Shown in pieces: positions 1 to 13,342 of a DNA stretch of 64,000 nt. Every line of letters begins with the position of its first letter. The stretch's first letter is position 1. The notes under the pieces were generated by a model that searched no databases, was not told the origin of the DNA, and saw nothing but the letters and a program-made list of their open reading frames with translations. The stretch spans positions 10,230,001-10,294,000 of the forward strand of contig JBHGNT010000020.1 of NCBI GenBank assembly GCA_043228905.1, read 5' to 3'. The stretch is from Azolla caroliniana. Taxonomy: Eukaryota > Plantae > Polypodiophyta. Both the position numbers and the translations under genes were made by a program.

Positions 1-1879
1 CTTCATCTAAGCATCCACCACGACAAAGAAGATCAATTATAACATTGAAGTGACTTTGATTAGGCCCTATTTCCTTGAATTTCCTTACTGTAGAACTAAA
101 GAATTGATGACCTTCTTCCAAAAGCCCAGCTCGAGTATATGCTGTGAGCACTGAGGTTAAAATAACTTTATCTGGCTCAATGCCTTCTTCTTGCATATCT
201 TCGAGAGATGCTTCTACTTGAGAATGCATACCAGAATGAACATAAGCTCCAATCAAAGCACTCCATGATACTATATTTCTCTCTGGTAACATTTGAAACA
301 CTCTGTGCGTGGCTTCTGGCTTCTCACATTTTGCATACATGTCAACAAGTGTGCTTCCCACAACAACATCTAATGCAATACCACATCTGATTATTTTATC
401 ATGAATAAGTTTACTATGCCTGCATGCTCCTATGCTACTGCATGCCCTCATAAGATTGAGGAAAATGACTCTATTCGGGACAATGCCGCTTTCTTGCATC
501 TTATCGAAAAGACAAAGTGCGCCAAGGTTTTGTTCATGTTCAACATATGCTCCGATGATTGCACCCCATGATACAACATTTTGATGTGACAAGCTTTCAA
601 AGGCATAGTAAGCATCCTCAAGACAACCACACTTAGCATACATATCAACCAGAGTCGTGCCTACATTTATATCTGATTCATACCCATATTGAACAGCATG
701 ATAGTGCACAAATCGTCCATCATTCACGGCTTCTATATTACCACAAGCTTTCAAGCCACTTACCAGTATCACTTTGCTAGGCATTAATAATCCTTCACTC
801 ACCTTTTTATAGAGTTCCAATGCAACCGAACTAAGTCCATCACACTTTGCATATCCTGAGATCATCACACCCCAAGATACAACATCCTGACAATTCCGCA
901 ATTTGTCAAAAATGTCTCTTGCATCTTCTAGGCTCACACATTTTGCATACATATCCATAACAGTATTGCAGATAACAATATCATAATCTAGCTCCAATTC
1001 CATGATATGTGCATGAATGAGCCTTCCCTGTACCAACATGTCTAAATTACTACATGCTTTTAGCAGGCTTAGGATAAGAACCTTGTTTGCCTCAATTCCC
1101 TGATGATGAAGAAGCATCTTATTGTATAGATCAAGTGCTCTTTCTGACTCGCCGAGATCTGCATGGCCTGCGATGATGGCTGTCCATGTGTATATGGATG
1201 GTTCCTTAATCTTGTCAAACACTTGGTTTGCTTCCTGTAGACTACAACATACTACAAAAAGCCGAATGAGGTAATCAGCCAAGAAAGCATTAGAATCAAG
1301 GTGAGAAATGACCATAAGTGAGTAAACATATCTTCCTCCAACAATATCTCTAGTTTTCAAACAACCTTGAAGAAAACATAAAATGATGTTCTTTGATATA
1401 GGAATACCCTGTTTGCCCATGAGATCTGATGCTTGGAATGTTCCCATGATACCTTCAGAAGAGCATGCTTTCAAGATGCATATAGACATGAACTTACTTG
1501 GTTCTTCCATTTTTTCATACAATTCAAGAGCTTTCTTAGCGTCACCGATGCAAACATGGGCAAAAACAATAGCATTCCATGTTTGAATTGTCTTAGGTTT
1601 TATGCCAGAAAACAACGCATTAGCATCTATAATGCTTCCACAGAGAGCATATGCTCTGATAAAATGTGCATCTAGAGATGGGTCTGAATGGCCATACCTA
1701 GACATGAGAGTATACATTTCCTTTGCAGATTGTAAATCCTTGACTTTTGAGCATTCTTGGAGAAGAGAATGCAATGTCTCTTGGGTTAAAGAAGAACCTC
1801 CTCCTTGATCAAGCAGAAAATGGTGGGCGATCTTGATGGCATCATGAAGCCCTGTGGTCTTCTTCGTCTTGAAGTTCAT
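1..1879 (-). CDS. PLS-class pentatricopeptide repeat protein (organellar RNA-editing factor type); 3' end runs off the window
   Basis: ATG at 1879 (MNFKTKKTTG...). The ends I translated manually are in one frame and show PLS motifs: FIRAYALCGSIIDA, TWNAIV, GSTLVDMYAKC, VSWSALIGAY, SHFNVIIDLLCRGGCLDE. Absent from the ORF track, presumably because it has no stop within the window. Confidence 0.88.
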   Translation of the reverse strand, partial: MNFKTKKTTGLHDAIKIAHHFLLDQGGGSSLTQETLHSLLQECSKVKDLQSAKEMYTLMSRYGHSDPSLDAHFIRAYALCGSIIDANALFSGIKPKTIQTWNAIVFAHVCIGDAKKALELYEKMEEPSKFMSICILKACSSEGIMGTFQASDLMGKQGIPISKNIILCFLQGCLKTRDIVGGRYVYSLMVISHLDSNAFLADYLIRLFVVCCSLQEANQVFDKIKEPSIYTWTAIIAGHADLGESERALDLYNKMLLHHQGIEANKVLILSLLKACSNLDMLVQGRLIHAHIMELELDYDIVICNTVMDMYAKCVSLEDARDIFDKLRNCQDVVSWGVMISGYAKCDGLSSVALELYKKVSEGLLMPSKVILVSGLKACGNIEAVNDGRFVHYHAVQYGYESDINVGTTLVDMYAKCGCLEDAYYAFESLSHQNVVSWGAIIGAYVEHEQNLGALCLFDKMQESGIVPNRVIFLNLMRACSSIGACRHSKLIHDKIIRCGIALDVVVGSTLVDMYAKCEKPEATHRVFQMLPERNIVSWSALIGAYVHSGMHSQVEASLEDMQEEGIEPDKVILTSVLTAYTRAGLLEEGHQFFSSTVRKFKEIGPNQSHFNVIIDLLCRGGCLDE

Positions 1880-1939
1880 TCAAAAGATGCCATTAACGTA
1901 AAACACAGGGGTAATAAATACTGACCAAATCATGATAAA

Positions 1940-2320
1940 TTTGCCACATTTAGCCATCAAGATAAATAAAAAGCAAAAAACAAAACACTACCCAAATCGT
2001 CATTGATTTGCATTGGTATAACCCATCAACATAAAACAAAAAGCAAAAAAATGCTGCCCGAATAAATTAAAGGTTTGCATTGTTTGTTATACATTAACAT
2101 AAAATAAAGCAAAAACAAAACACCGCCCAAACATTCTTCTGAACCCATCAACAGAAAACAAAAAGCTAAAAGAAAAACACTTCGCAGAGCGCATCATAGG
2201 TTTGAATTGTTTTGACCCACCAACATAAGAAACAAGAAAGCAAAATACAAAGTGCAGCACAAAAATCACCATAGACTTGCATCCATTTAGCCCACGAATA
2301 TAAAACACTGTCCAGGTCAT
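1940..2320. repeat. Degenerate tandem repeat (~70 bp, about 5 copies) upstream of the PPR gene
   Basis: Recurring acccatcaaca(t/g)aaaacaaaaagc-aaaa...ttgcat units. Confidence 0.55.
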
Positions 2321-3785
2321 CATAGATTTGCAACTCTCAAATTTTGGTTTCCTTGATCACTCACTCCGTTTTTCCAAAGAAAAACTTTGATCTAACCAAT
2401 GTAGTGTCAGTACCTGTTTTTGGTAATTTTCTGAATTGTCTTTTAGAATCTTTCACTTAACGGGAGGCAAATGGATGGAGAATCTGCTTCAGCCCTTTTA
2501 ATGGAGAATCTTGGGCCATTTTGTAAACACTCTATTATATACTTAAAAGCACAATGGATCAATCTATCCCATCTTCAGCTTAATGTTTTACCAATGTGCT
2601 AAAGTTTTGGTGCCATTATTGCCCACAAACATCTCTCCTATTCCCTCATGTCTCTTAATTTTTTTCGCAAGAAGCCGATTGTGATAAGTCATTATATACA
2701 AGAAGAGGTATCTACTAAATAATGATGATCCCAGATGGGGCACCATTGCTAATGGGTTCTTGTAACATTAGCTTTTGTGTTCTCGCTACATTTTTTGATA
2801 TCGCCACAAGTGTAATAAACTAGGATTCAACATCAATGCTAGCTAGCCATGAATGAATGTTTGATTTGTTGTTCACGTGTATTAATTTCGCTAGGTCATA
2901 TAGACCATATATGGTTGGGTGAATCTTCCCTCTAGAACTCGGTGGTATTTGGCAATTGATGTCATGCTAGAACCTCGTCCTTGATTAATTCGAATTAAAA
3001 GTTAGATGTAGAATGATTGAGATCTTGTTCTATGAGTATATACAGTTGACCCAACCCATTGGTTCGAAGGATAACATTGTAATGGTTGGACAATACTTGG
3101 ATAATTAATTAATTATTTAGATTTAATTCATGAAATTACAAGTTTAGGCATTACTTGTGAGATTACTCTTGTTAAGTTGTGACCTATCTTCGTTTGCCCA
3201 TTTAAAAAATTTATTAACCCTTCTTTATGCACTTTTTCTATCGTGTTTAAAGTGAGGCAATTTAATTTCTTAAGTTTAGAGATTATTCCGGTTTTGTGTT
3301 TAGAGGAGACGTGGCTGATTAAAATATATATCATATTTCCAATTAATATCATCCAAGGTTTTGATGTTTGGCCACCTTTTTTGAATGTCAAGAAAATGAT
3401 CAAACTTTAAACATTTCCCTTCCATGAATTAGATGCTCGCTTCAAATAGCCTTTTACTTCTTCAAGCATTCATGTAAAGAAAATGTAGCAAATGCCGTTT
3501 GAGAGATCGAATGGCACCACCACCAAAAACCTTAGACCAATTCACAATAGGCAGAAAAAGATGCTTGAGACGAAGGAGGGGGTTGTCCTCCCATTGGAGA
3601 TTCCTAGAATTTGCCCGTTTTTCGGAAACTTTTGTGTGCACATCACCCCTTGAAGATTTGTTGTATGTCCACTCCACCTAAATAGAGTACCAAATAAATT
3701 GAGCACAAGATTTACAACCAGAATATTAGATCACCTTAATATGCCTTAAAAATCTATCTAATGCCATGTAAGAAAAGAACAAAAT

Positions 3786-5872
3786 TTATACTAATTCATT
3801 TTCCCATACAATAGCTACTCCATGATGATGTTGACCATAGCCATGACCATGACTATGATGATGATGTTTTCTTCTTCCACGAGTCGAGGTCACCAAACTT
3901 GCTTTCCCATTATGAGAATACTCAAATATGTTGCTATTATAGAACCGTGAAGAAGTTCCTCCTTTTATTGCCGACTTAGACTTTTGGAAATGCCTATGAG
4001 TAGCTTTCACAACTCGATCCAATGCCCCTCCATCTCTAGCCAAAAAACCTTTAATAGGCCGTTTGTTAAGGTATAATAAATGTGGGGTCAATGTTCTCAT
4101 AAGTTTCCGAAGATGATCCTCGCTGACATTGCTAAAAATAGGATTTCCGAGAAGATTAAGAACCATCAAAGAACCACAATTTGCTGCAAGTTGACTTATC
4201 GATTTTGTCGAAGCTAGCTTATTGGAGTGTAGGTCAAGTACATGAAGCTCAACCAACTTCTGGAGGCTTTCTATTTCACAAATCTTGTTCCCTCCTAAAT
4301 AGAGTTCCTTAAGGTGTGTACAATTTGACAAACCTACAAGACAATATTCAATAGCTCAATGATATCCAACAATAATTTATCTTTTAGAAATTTAATATAG
4401 TGTAGTAGCTTTATTTATGATAAGCTCCCTTAACTCGCTAAAATCTTGATCTTTCCTCCTAGATTAAGGTAAACTAACCAATCCATCATGGATATACCTT
4501 TTCAACATTTTTTCCTTTTATACAAACATCTCGTTTATATTACAATAATTTTTATACGGATTTGCAAAGAGGAAAAAGATATTTCCAACTCTACCATATT
4601 TTATTCTTGTGAGCCGGTTATGAGAAAGATCAAGAATGCGTAAGCTGGTGAGCTCCTTCAGGCCGTCAATTCGTGAGATCCTATTTTTGGACAGATTCAG
4701 CGAGTATAATGTCCGGGGTAAACATCCGATTGATATTTCAACTGCACAATAGGAAAACCCGTATCGACAATTTTATCATACATACATACACATATGTATT
4801 GTATGCAACATGGAACATATTTGAGGTCTACGAAAATTTGATACAATGCTTTAGACATTTCTCCATCTAAGAAAGACCTCAATTGCCCGCCCTCGTGTTC
4901 CCCTAGAGTGTGAAGCATTATGAGCTTTAATACCTAGGCGAGACTCGCATACCTAGCTCAATATGATCCCTATAGTCGACACAATTTGTTCATCTATTTA
5001 AGCTCTTATTTGCAATGTGGCACACCAGGAAGATGTTTAAAACTTTTGGTGAATAGTAAAGGAAACTGACCGATAAAATTGTTGGAAAGATTGATGGTTC
5101 GCAATGAGCTGAATGTTCTTAATGCGGGAATTTCATGGAGATTTACACCAGACAAATGGGCCATTTTAGATGATGCATGCAAACTCCTGACTGCATCTTC
5201 TACAAATACATCCTCTTCCACTCGATGTTCGATAGCCTCGAATGATGATTTCACAACCTCCAAATCATCATTACAATAGTTGTCACCATAATGAACACCT
5301 AATACATTTGATTGATTCATCCATTGCTCAACTCGAGTATGCAAAGGGTCAACTTCAACATCCAAAGTGAAATACTCTGATACACACAATATTGATTAGT
5401 GAAGGCTTTTATATCATTGCATAAGCATATGATTATGTACTAAGTGAAGTAGATGACCTTTGTCAAAAGAATCAACTTTCATTTGAGCTCCATCTTCACT
5501 TGCAACAATTATATCCTTTGAAGCTTCAAGCTGCAAGAAAAAAGAACCTTCTTTGTCACTAGAATCAGAAATGCATTCACTTGGGGAGGTTAGAAAGGAT
5601 TTCCACATATACTCCCTCTTCCAAGATATATCAGATACAGAATAGGTGCTCAATTTCTATGTTTTGCGATTGGTATTGCATTCGGTGGATGGACCAAAAT
5701 GACTGCTAAACCTTTCTCCACCTTGACCAAAAGCAACACTGTATTGTTCTCTATGTGAATCAATTTTGCTTAAACTAGTTGCACCTTCTCTAGAACTCAG
5801 AAATACTGCATAAAAATAATCATCTTTGTCATAATGAGATAAGGTTAAGGGGTTCCAAAAATGTACTATCAC
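3786..5872 (-). CDS. SDS22/outer-arm-dynein-LC1-type leucine-rich repeat protein (At1g78230/At4g03260-like); 5' part disrupted, possibly a pseudogene
   Basis: Spliced exons ...-5071, 4741-4594 and 4333-3786 join in frame as LRTINLSNNFI-VEISIGCLPRTLYSLNLSKNRISRIDGLKELTSLRILDLSHNRLTRIKYG-LSNCTHLKELYLGGNKI. The RVEQW motif lies upstream. There is an in-frame stop at ~5657 and a frame change near 5390-5415. Confidence 0.75.
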
Positions 5873-5940
5873 AAATGATTGTCCTCACTCTCATAGTTTT
5901 TTTTATAAGAAAGCTTTCACACAAAATGCTTGCTTGCCGG

Positions 5941-6353
5941 TAGCAATCGGCAACGGTTTGGTTTGAATTGAACCGAACCGCAAACAGCTTAACGGTTAAA
6001 AGAGTTCAGTTTGTTCAATTCGATTTAAACAATTTGATGATTTTTAGGGTTGCCACTTGATTATTTTCTTAAATATTTTTTGGACATCCTTCTCATTTTA
6101 AGCCTAATTTTGACATTTTAAGAAAAATCTTTAATGCTTTAAAATATTGAAAAAATAAAATTTAAAAATTGAATATTGAAAATTTGAATTTTGACCTAAC
6201 TTGAAAACTAAAACCAAACCACGAGAACGGTTTGGATTTTTTATAACAGTTCAATTTGAACAATTTCGGTTTAAATGGTTTCGTGGTTCAGTTTATGTTT
6301 CAATTTTTTTAAATAGTTTGCATTTGACATTCTCAAACCGTTGCTGATTGCTA
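5941..6353. mobile_element. hAT-type MITE
   Basis: TIRs TAGCAATCGGCAACGGTTTG / CAAACCGTTGCTGATTGCTA; 8-bp TSD cttgccgg / cttgccag; subterminal aaccg motifs. Confidence 0.85.
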
Positions 6354-7369
6354 CTTGCCAGTAAAATATTTGAATCCCTTTTCCCTGAGGGAAATGCCAT
6401 CCTATCACTCACACCATGTATATAGGGCAATTGTGCATTCAACCAGATGAACATCTGAGCGCCCATGATAAAATATTTACCCTTAGAGTAATCTGATTCT
6501 ATGGCTACGAACCTTTAGGGAGATCTGATTCCATGGCTACTCTTCCAGATTTTGACTTGCTTACATGATATAAATATACATGATAAAAGCCTTCCCATGA
6601 CCTCAACTTTCAAAATGGAAAGCCCCAAAGATTGAATCAGAAATAGGATATTATACATGATAAATATACTTCTTATAAGAAGAGACTTCATTGAACGTAT
6701 CATTCAGGAACCCAAATTTTGCCATAATCCAGTGAGAGATATGGCAGAGACTCACCTTGGAAATGAATGAAAAAACCAAATGAGTGAGTAAGAGCATCTT
6801 ACATCAATCGGATACGCCCATATGAGAGACTTCGAGGTATCACCTTCCAAAACCTTCCCGAAATGGAGGAGAATCCCCAAATAAATAAATCAATGCAACA
6901 TGCTAGACTATATACACATATCCATAAGGTACTTTATTGTCTCACATTTGAAATTGGAAATGAATCAATGGCCTCACGAGAAAAAACCAGAAGAATATAT
7001 TACACCAAACAGATAACTCCAATAAAAGATTTCAATGTCTCCTTTGAAATAAATGAAAAGCCCTGAAAGGGTAAATCAGAACAGTATGGTACACCATACA
7101 ATTACCTCCAATAAAAGTCTATTGAAGTATATCATATTGATGATTGGAACATGTCATTCAGGGAATATTAAATTTAGCCATAATCAAGGGAGAATTGTTG
7201 CAGCATTCGACAGGAATGCTGAATTGAGGACACTTCCACTGCGTCGAAGAGGAAGCCAGATGATGGTCAACAAGCTATCGCACCTTTGAAGAAGCAGCAA
7301 TTACGAATGAGATCTCTGCCAAGTGACAAGATGAAGAAGAATGTAAGACTAGTGGTTCTGGACCTGCAT

Positions 7370-7745
7370 ATCACACTGCCAGATAAATTTGTTAGGTTTG
7401 GTACCAGAGAAAAGTATGGATATGTAAACATTGTGCATTGCATAAGGCTAGCAAGTGGAAAACTGAATCTCATCAAACCAACATGAGATTGAGATTGTGC
7501 GTTCAGCCAACATCAAGAAGACAAAGTAAGTATGCAGACTACCCAACAAGCAATATGTACAAAGATATGTAGCAATATGTGCGTGGACTTGGCAACATGG
7601 ATTAAATACATTGCCAAATAAATTTGCTAGGTTTGGCACCAGAGAAAAATTATGAATATCTAGCGTAGCATAAGAGTAGCAAGTGGAAAACTGATAGTCT
7701 CATCAAACCAACTTGAGATTGAGATGGTGCGTTCAGCCATCATCA
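7370..7745. repeat. Local direct duplication (~130-bp unit, 2 copies)
   Basis: ataaatttg(t/c)taggtttgg..ccagagaaaa...gcaagtggaaaactga..tctcatcaaaccaac.tgagattgagat.gtgcgttcagcca at ~7380 and ~7618. Confidence 0.7.
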
Positions 7746-7899
7746 GACTACGGAACATGGATAGACAGCAAGAACCAATATAAGTTCATCAGGGCTCGAT
7801 AACCCTATGTTATTCACTTACATACAAGAGTGCCAACCCTACATACACATTTGTATCCAGAGAGAAGGGATGCAAACACACTTTACGAACGTGTTCCAG

Positions 7900-9330
7900 A
7901 TATCAACCCCGCAGACTACCTCATCACAAAGAGGAGACACCCTCAAGTAGTAGGATGTCTAGGATAGGTGGAGACCAAGAGCACAAGGATACCAATCACT
8001 ACATCTCCACCAGTAAAAGATTGGGACATTCGAGTTTGTAATAGCCACTACATGGAGGATGGTTTGGCACACATCCAACGAGTCCCAGGCACATAGTCTC
8101 TACTAAACCACATCTCTCCATGCAGAACATTCAACTTGCATTCATTGATTTGAGACTCGGCCACATGAGCTCCTTATACCACATCAATCTATGTGGATCT
8201 TCCTGCATGCATCCACTCAAACCCAGGACATAGAGGCTCTTTTCTCAACATCTACATATGTGGAACAGCTTGCATGCATCCATTCACAGACATGCAAGAA
8301 GGACTCCTTGCTACTCAATTATCCATGTAGAACCTTGTGTCAAAATATGGATTTTTGCCACCACAGTCAACCCCAGTCTCTTGAAAGCGCTGCTGTATGG
8401 CCTCCTCATCCACACTTGGACACAAATAGAGCATCCTCTTGCCATGTTGTCCAGGATGACATGTGGCAACACATCCATCATACATTACACTACCCAAGAC
8501 TAATTAGCTGCATTTCCCACAATGGTGGTAGCATTGTTCCATACGGCGAACCTCATCCACCAGATCTGAACCATGGCATGTAAATAAATTACACGTAGGG
8601 CATTCAAAGCTTCGAAGAAAATGGTGATCAACATAAGAAGGTGGAGGATCGTTTGTATTCACAGGTAAGGAAGTGGTTCAACAAGAATGTCATCTAACAT
8701 TGAGGAATTTCCACCTTCGAAATACCCCACATCTCTCCAAGATGATAAAAGGAACATAGTATGGCCACAAGACCTGTGGCAACTCAATACCTAAAAGGCT
8801 TGGACCACACCAACAGATCCAAGAATGGCATATTACAAACATCATTCCATAAGCTTCTCAACTGATGGGTTTATACAAAGTCGAGATACATGGATCTCTA
8901 CACGCCCCATAGAGCTTGCAAAGTCATTTGCCAATTCAAGAGTTTTTTTCCTCACACCAGGTAGGAAGGCGCTTCACATACCTAAGGCTGATGCAATGTG
9001 CATGTATATGTATAGCTTTTCCAACATTGCAAGACATTTGAGAGAAATATGGAAACACACTTTGCTTAGAACACAACCCTCCAACAAATGAAAAGGAAAC
9101 ACCTTGTCACTTTGGATCCCGAGGCTTGGACCAACTTCAAAAGCATATGCAACCAAACCTTATCTTAGCGCATGAGTCACGGAGAGAGTTGCATGCCACT
9201 TGACTTCTTGCATAGTCTTGCATCTCCAAGCAGAGGACTGCTGAGGCAACAGATACACTAAGTTCCTGGATACAATGTGTCATCTAGCACCAGATCATGC
9301 AAATCATTTCACATCATGCCTGATCCACCC
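7900..9330 (-). pseudogene. Decayed coding sequence, possibly F-box/LRR-like
   Basis: Frameshifted fragments read DLHDLVL..IVSRNLVYLLPQQSSAWRCK...KW (F-box-like), plus LSGC and KLECPNL; many stops. Confidence 0.3.
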
Positions 9331-10439
9331 AAGCATGCCAACGGATATTGCATCATTCCACCATACTAACCAACATTAGACACTCTGTTTCCCTCGTCAG
9401 ATCATCACTAACTCCATACATGGTAGTTTCATACATTTTCTGCTGGTCAACTCATATTTATAGCCATTATAAATGGTAGTCATGGAGCTTTAGGAAACCC
9501 AGAGCTTTCATTTTTTCAATATGGATACCAGAAGCTGCCCATATTTGTAATCATATTTAGTCTCATAGGCCGATTAGGGCCTCTAAAATCAGCATCTAAT
9601 ATACGTCAATTTCTCTTCCTTTCATTTGGTTAGATCATTGTTCTTATTAAATGAAAGTTGAAGGTTGGAGATGTGCCAGGATACCATGAACGTTAACCTC
9701 TCCATCTATTTTTTTTCTGAGTTTCATAAAGAGAAAAATATTCTCTATCAGTATTTATGGATATCGTCAAAATCATTCAATGATCTTTGTCCCCTTAACT
9801 CTTTCTCTACATTAAGGACCTGCCTCCGTCTATTCGTCTATGAATGAGCAAAAAGCCTCTTCCTGCCTCAACTCCCTTTCTCTTTCTCAACGAATTGTTT
9901 TAGGCATCAGATCAAGAAGGCAGAAGGAAAAAAAAAAAGCCCAAAGAAAGGAAATGAAGAAAGTATGACAGGGCTCTCTGATTACCCTTCCTTTTTCTTC
10001 TTCACCTTCCTTTCTCTTTCCCCCCTTTCCTTCTCCTTCTTCTCCTTTTATATTTCTTTCTGTCTGTCTGTCTGTTCGTCCGTCCGTCTTCTGTTCTGTT
10101 CTGTTCTGTGCTTATGTGCGCGAGTGTGTGTCTTCTGTGTCGCGTTGTGTTTGTTCGTCGTCACACCTCCTCTGTTCCTGTTCTTCTTCTTCTTCTTCTT
10201 CTTCTTCTTCTTGGTGGGCGATTTGGGCAATATATAGATATATTGTTATATGTACATATATAGATATATTATATATATGCATATGAATTATGTGATGGTA
10301 TTTTGTATGGTGTCTACTCGGAGGGGGTTCCCAACAAACACAATCCAATTCCAATCAGCAAATTACCGGTTTCGCATCCAAGGGTTTCGAGGGGGGGGAG
10401 GGGGGGGGGGGGAGGAGGGGCTGTCTCTGGCTTTGCTTG

Positions 10440-10595
10440 GACCCTGTGTCCATCTCTGCCTTTGCCTCTCTCTGTCTGGACTTGGACTTGTGTGTCCATC
10501 TCTGCCTTTGCCTCTCTCTGTCTAGACTTGGACTTGTGTCCATCTCTGCCTTTGCCTCTTCCTGAACTTGTGTCCATTTCCGCCTCTGCCTCTAT
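10440..10595. repeat. Tandem repeat, ~40-47 bp, about 4 copies
   Basis: tgtccatctctgcctttgcctctctctgtct(g/a)gacttggacttg repeated. Confidence 0.8.
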
Positions 10596-12139
10596 CCAAT
10601 TCCAATTCCAATTCCATTCAACAAATCTGTGATTTCACATCCAAGAGTTTGATGTGGTGGGTCTTTGTTCTCCATCTCTTTGCCTCTGCTTGGGTGCCTC
10701 TGCCTTATAGATGTGTATGTATACCTATATATATGTCCACCATCTCCACATCATTTGCTTCCATACCACTTCTTTCACATCCTCTCTTCATGTCCGACAA
10801 ATAGGGCAACAACTAGTGCCAGAATGTGAGAAGATTCACATCCCTATCTCTAATGCATTCATTGCCCTTGAACAAGCTTGGGAGGTTCCATGTATCACGC
10901 TTTCTGATATACTCCCCCCCCCCCCCCCCCTTTGACCAATATTCGATACCGACTTTAACCTTTCTGAGTTCTCCACACATTGCCTATTCGGGTCCAATCC
11001 AAACACGAATTCCTCACCCAATCACAATGTACACTTTCAATCACAAACATTCATTAATAACAATTGTTTCCACATATACCACATGAAAATATTTCACTTT
11101 TGGTTTCATATGTCATATTTTACATCTCACGAAGACAATATAATCTCTCTCATCGTCCATTTAGGTCCCATGTGACGTCACTCCTTGGCTCCATCTGCCT
11201 CTCTCTCAGGTGTTTATGTGTAAATAGTAATTATATTAATTATATTAATTATTGAATGTGTAACTACAGTGGATCAGGGAAGCAAAGCAATTTCACCTTT
11301 GATTCCTTGTTATACGATATATAGCCCTTGACACTTAATTCCCCCAAATGATCTATTCCATCATGCTACGTAAAAGCAATTTCAAAAGAACCCCATTTAT
11401 TCCTCATAATATCCCTTGTCACTTAATTCCTATAGATGGCCAAATTCCGTCATGCTACCTAACGGCTAATGCAATTAGCAAACTTTGTTGTCTATAAACC
11501 CACAAACATCTAGTCAATCCTAGGTCATCATTTTGGAACTATCCAGCAAGGAGAATGGCCATACCACTATGTCTTTCAAACATAAGATGTGTCTTCGAAC
11601 CCCATAATGAGTGTACAAAACAAAAGGATTTCACATACACCAATTTAGGCACAACATCTCTCTCTCTCTCTCTCTCTCTCTCATGTTGCCTTGGTATAAC
11701 ACAATATGAACTGGTCATAAATTTGAAAGAACCCATGTTTGATCCTTAGACAAACTAACACATCCATTTAACTCCATAAAATAATTCTTTGATCTGTGGT
11801 GTATACCAAACGATAATATAGACATTATTACAATAGGTAGGATAATCTAAGTTTGGTCCTCACTCCGTCCCAACATCATGTTTTAGACCTATCTTGGACA
11901 TTAGAATATACATGTCGCTCTCCACATAATGCACAAAATGTTAAGCATAGGTCACATTCCACCCCTAGGGTTCAACGGTAAAAACTACCTCCTAGCTATT
12001 ATCTCTCTAGTTAGATATGGAACCATACAACACAAGGTAAAGTCAAAATAAAATCCCATTTTATATACCAAGGACCCAACAAATCATCATCCTTGCTGAG
12101 TAGCTTACTACCACACACCATACCCACTACATCAATCAT

Positions 12140-12860
12140 CTATTGAGAGAGCCTCCAGCAAGTAGAGTATACAGTCATACGGTACCCATCACTCTACATC
12201 AATCTCATTTGTACCTTAGCATTTTATAATGAAAGATTGCCAGTTCTCCATTTTCATACTTTTTTAAGTTTTAACATGAGAAATCAGTAGAGGATGCAGT
12301 CATACCCATCATTCTACATCCATCTCATTTGTACCTTTGCATTTCATAATGAAAGATTGCCAGTTCTTCATTTTATGTTTTAACACGAGAAATCACCTAT
12401 TAAAAGATAGTGGCATTACAGAAGTAACCACTGGATTAAATTAAACATGGAATGTTACCACTGTAATCAGTTTTCTGATGAAATGCAAGCAAGTATCAAG
12501 GTTGTTTTGCCATTTTTTTGGAATAATCAGGTAAGTAATCATGATATCAAAATAAAATGATGAAAGACTCTATGAACACCACAACTCAAACCCATTGCCT
12601 GTGAGGAGCAATACACACCCTTACTACTTTTAATGAGAAAAGCATTGACCAGAAGACACACTTCAGGCCATTGCGACACAATAATGATCTTCACATTTAT
12701 AATCCTGCTGATTGACCAGAAGACACATTGCAGTATAGCTCAACATTACTACTTCTAATGAGGAAGGCATTGACCAGAAGACACACCTCAGGCCATTGCA
12801 ACACAATAACTATATCTTCTTCATATTTATAAACCTGCTGATTCCATTAAAATTGGAGTA
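12140..12860. repeat. Two local direct duplications downstream of RPL32
   Basis: tacccatca.tctacatc.atctcatttgtacctt.gcattt.ataatgaaagattgccagttct at ~12143 and ~12303; ttactactt.taatgag.aa.gcattgaccagaagacacac at ~12621 and ~12747. Confidence 0.7.
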
Positions 12861-13342
12861 TAGCTCCACATTGCAATTCTTAGGGAGGTCGGAACTCAAA
12901 CAGTTAAATCCCAGGAAAAATCTCATATTAGAAATACAAAATATGAGATCACAAATACCATTAATAAAACATCTGCATTTAACCATCAAGCTAAATGGAA
13001 AGAGAACTTCAAAACCATGATGACGACAATAACACTAAGTAGCAACAATAGTTCCACAAAAATCCAACTCAACATGACATAAAGTTTTTATTGATCCCTC
13101 CGTCAAAAAGCTGATTTCAATTTCACTTGTTAAAATTATAAAACATGAACTGAAAAAACATGAATTCAACTGAATCAACACAACAACATTGAAAGATATT
13201 AAAATTGCAACAATTGTGAACAAAAATGGCAAACCAAGATTTCGCATAGAATTGTCAATAGGCTAACTCAACATAGGAAGTCGTCTAACAAAGATGAGAT
13301 GGAGTTTTCATCATCATACACAATCTGCTATGACCATTCATT

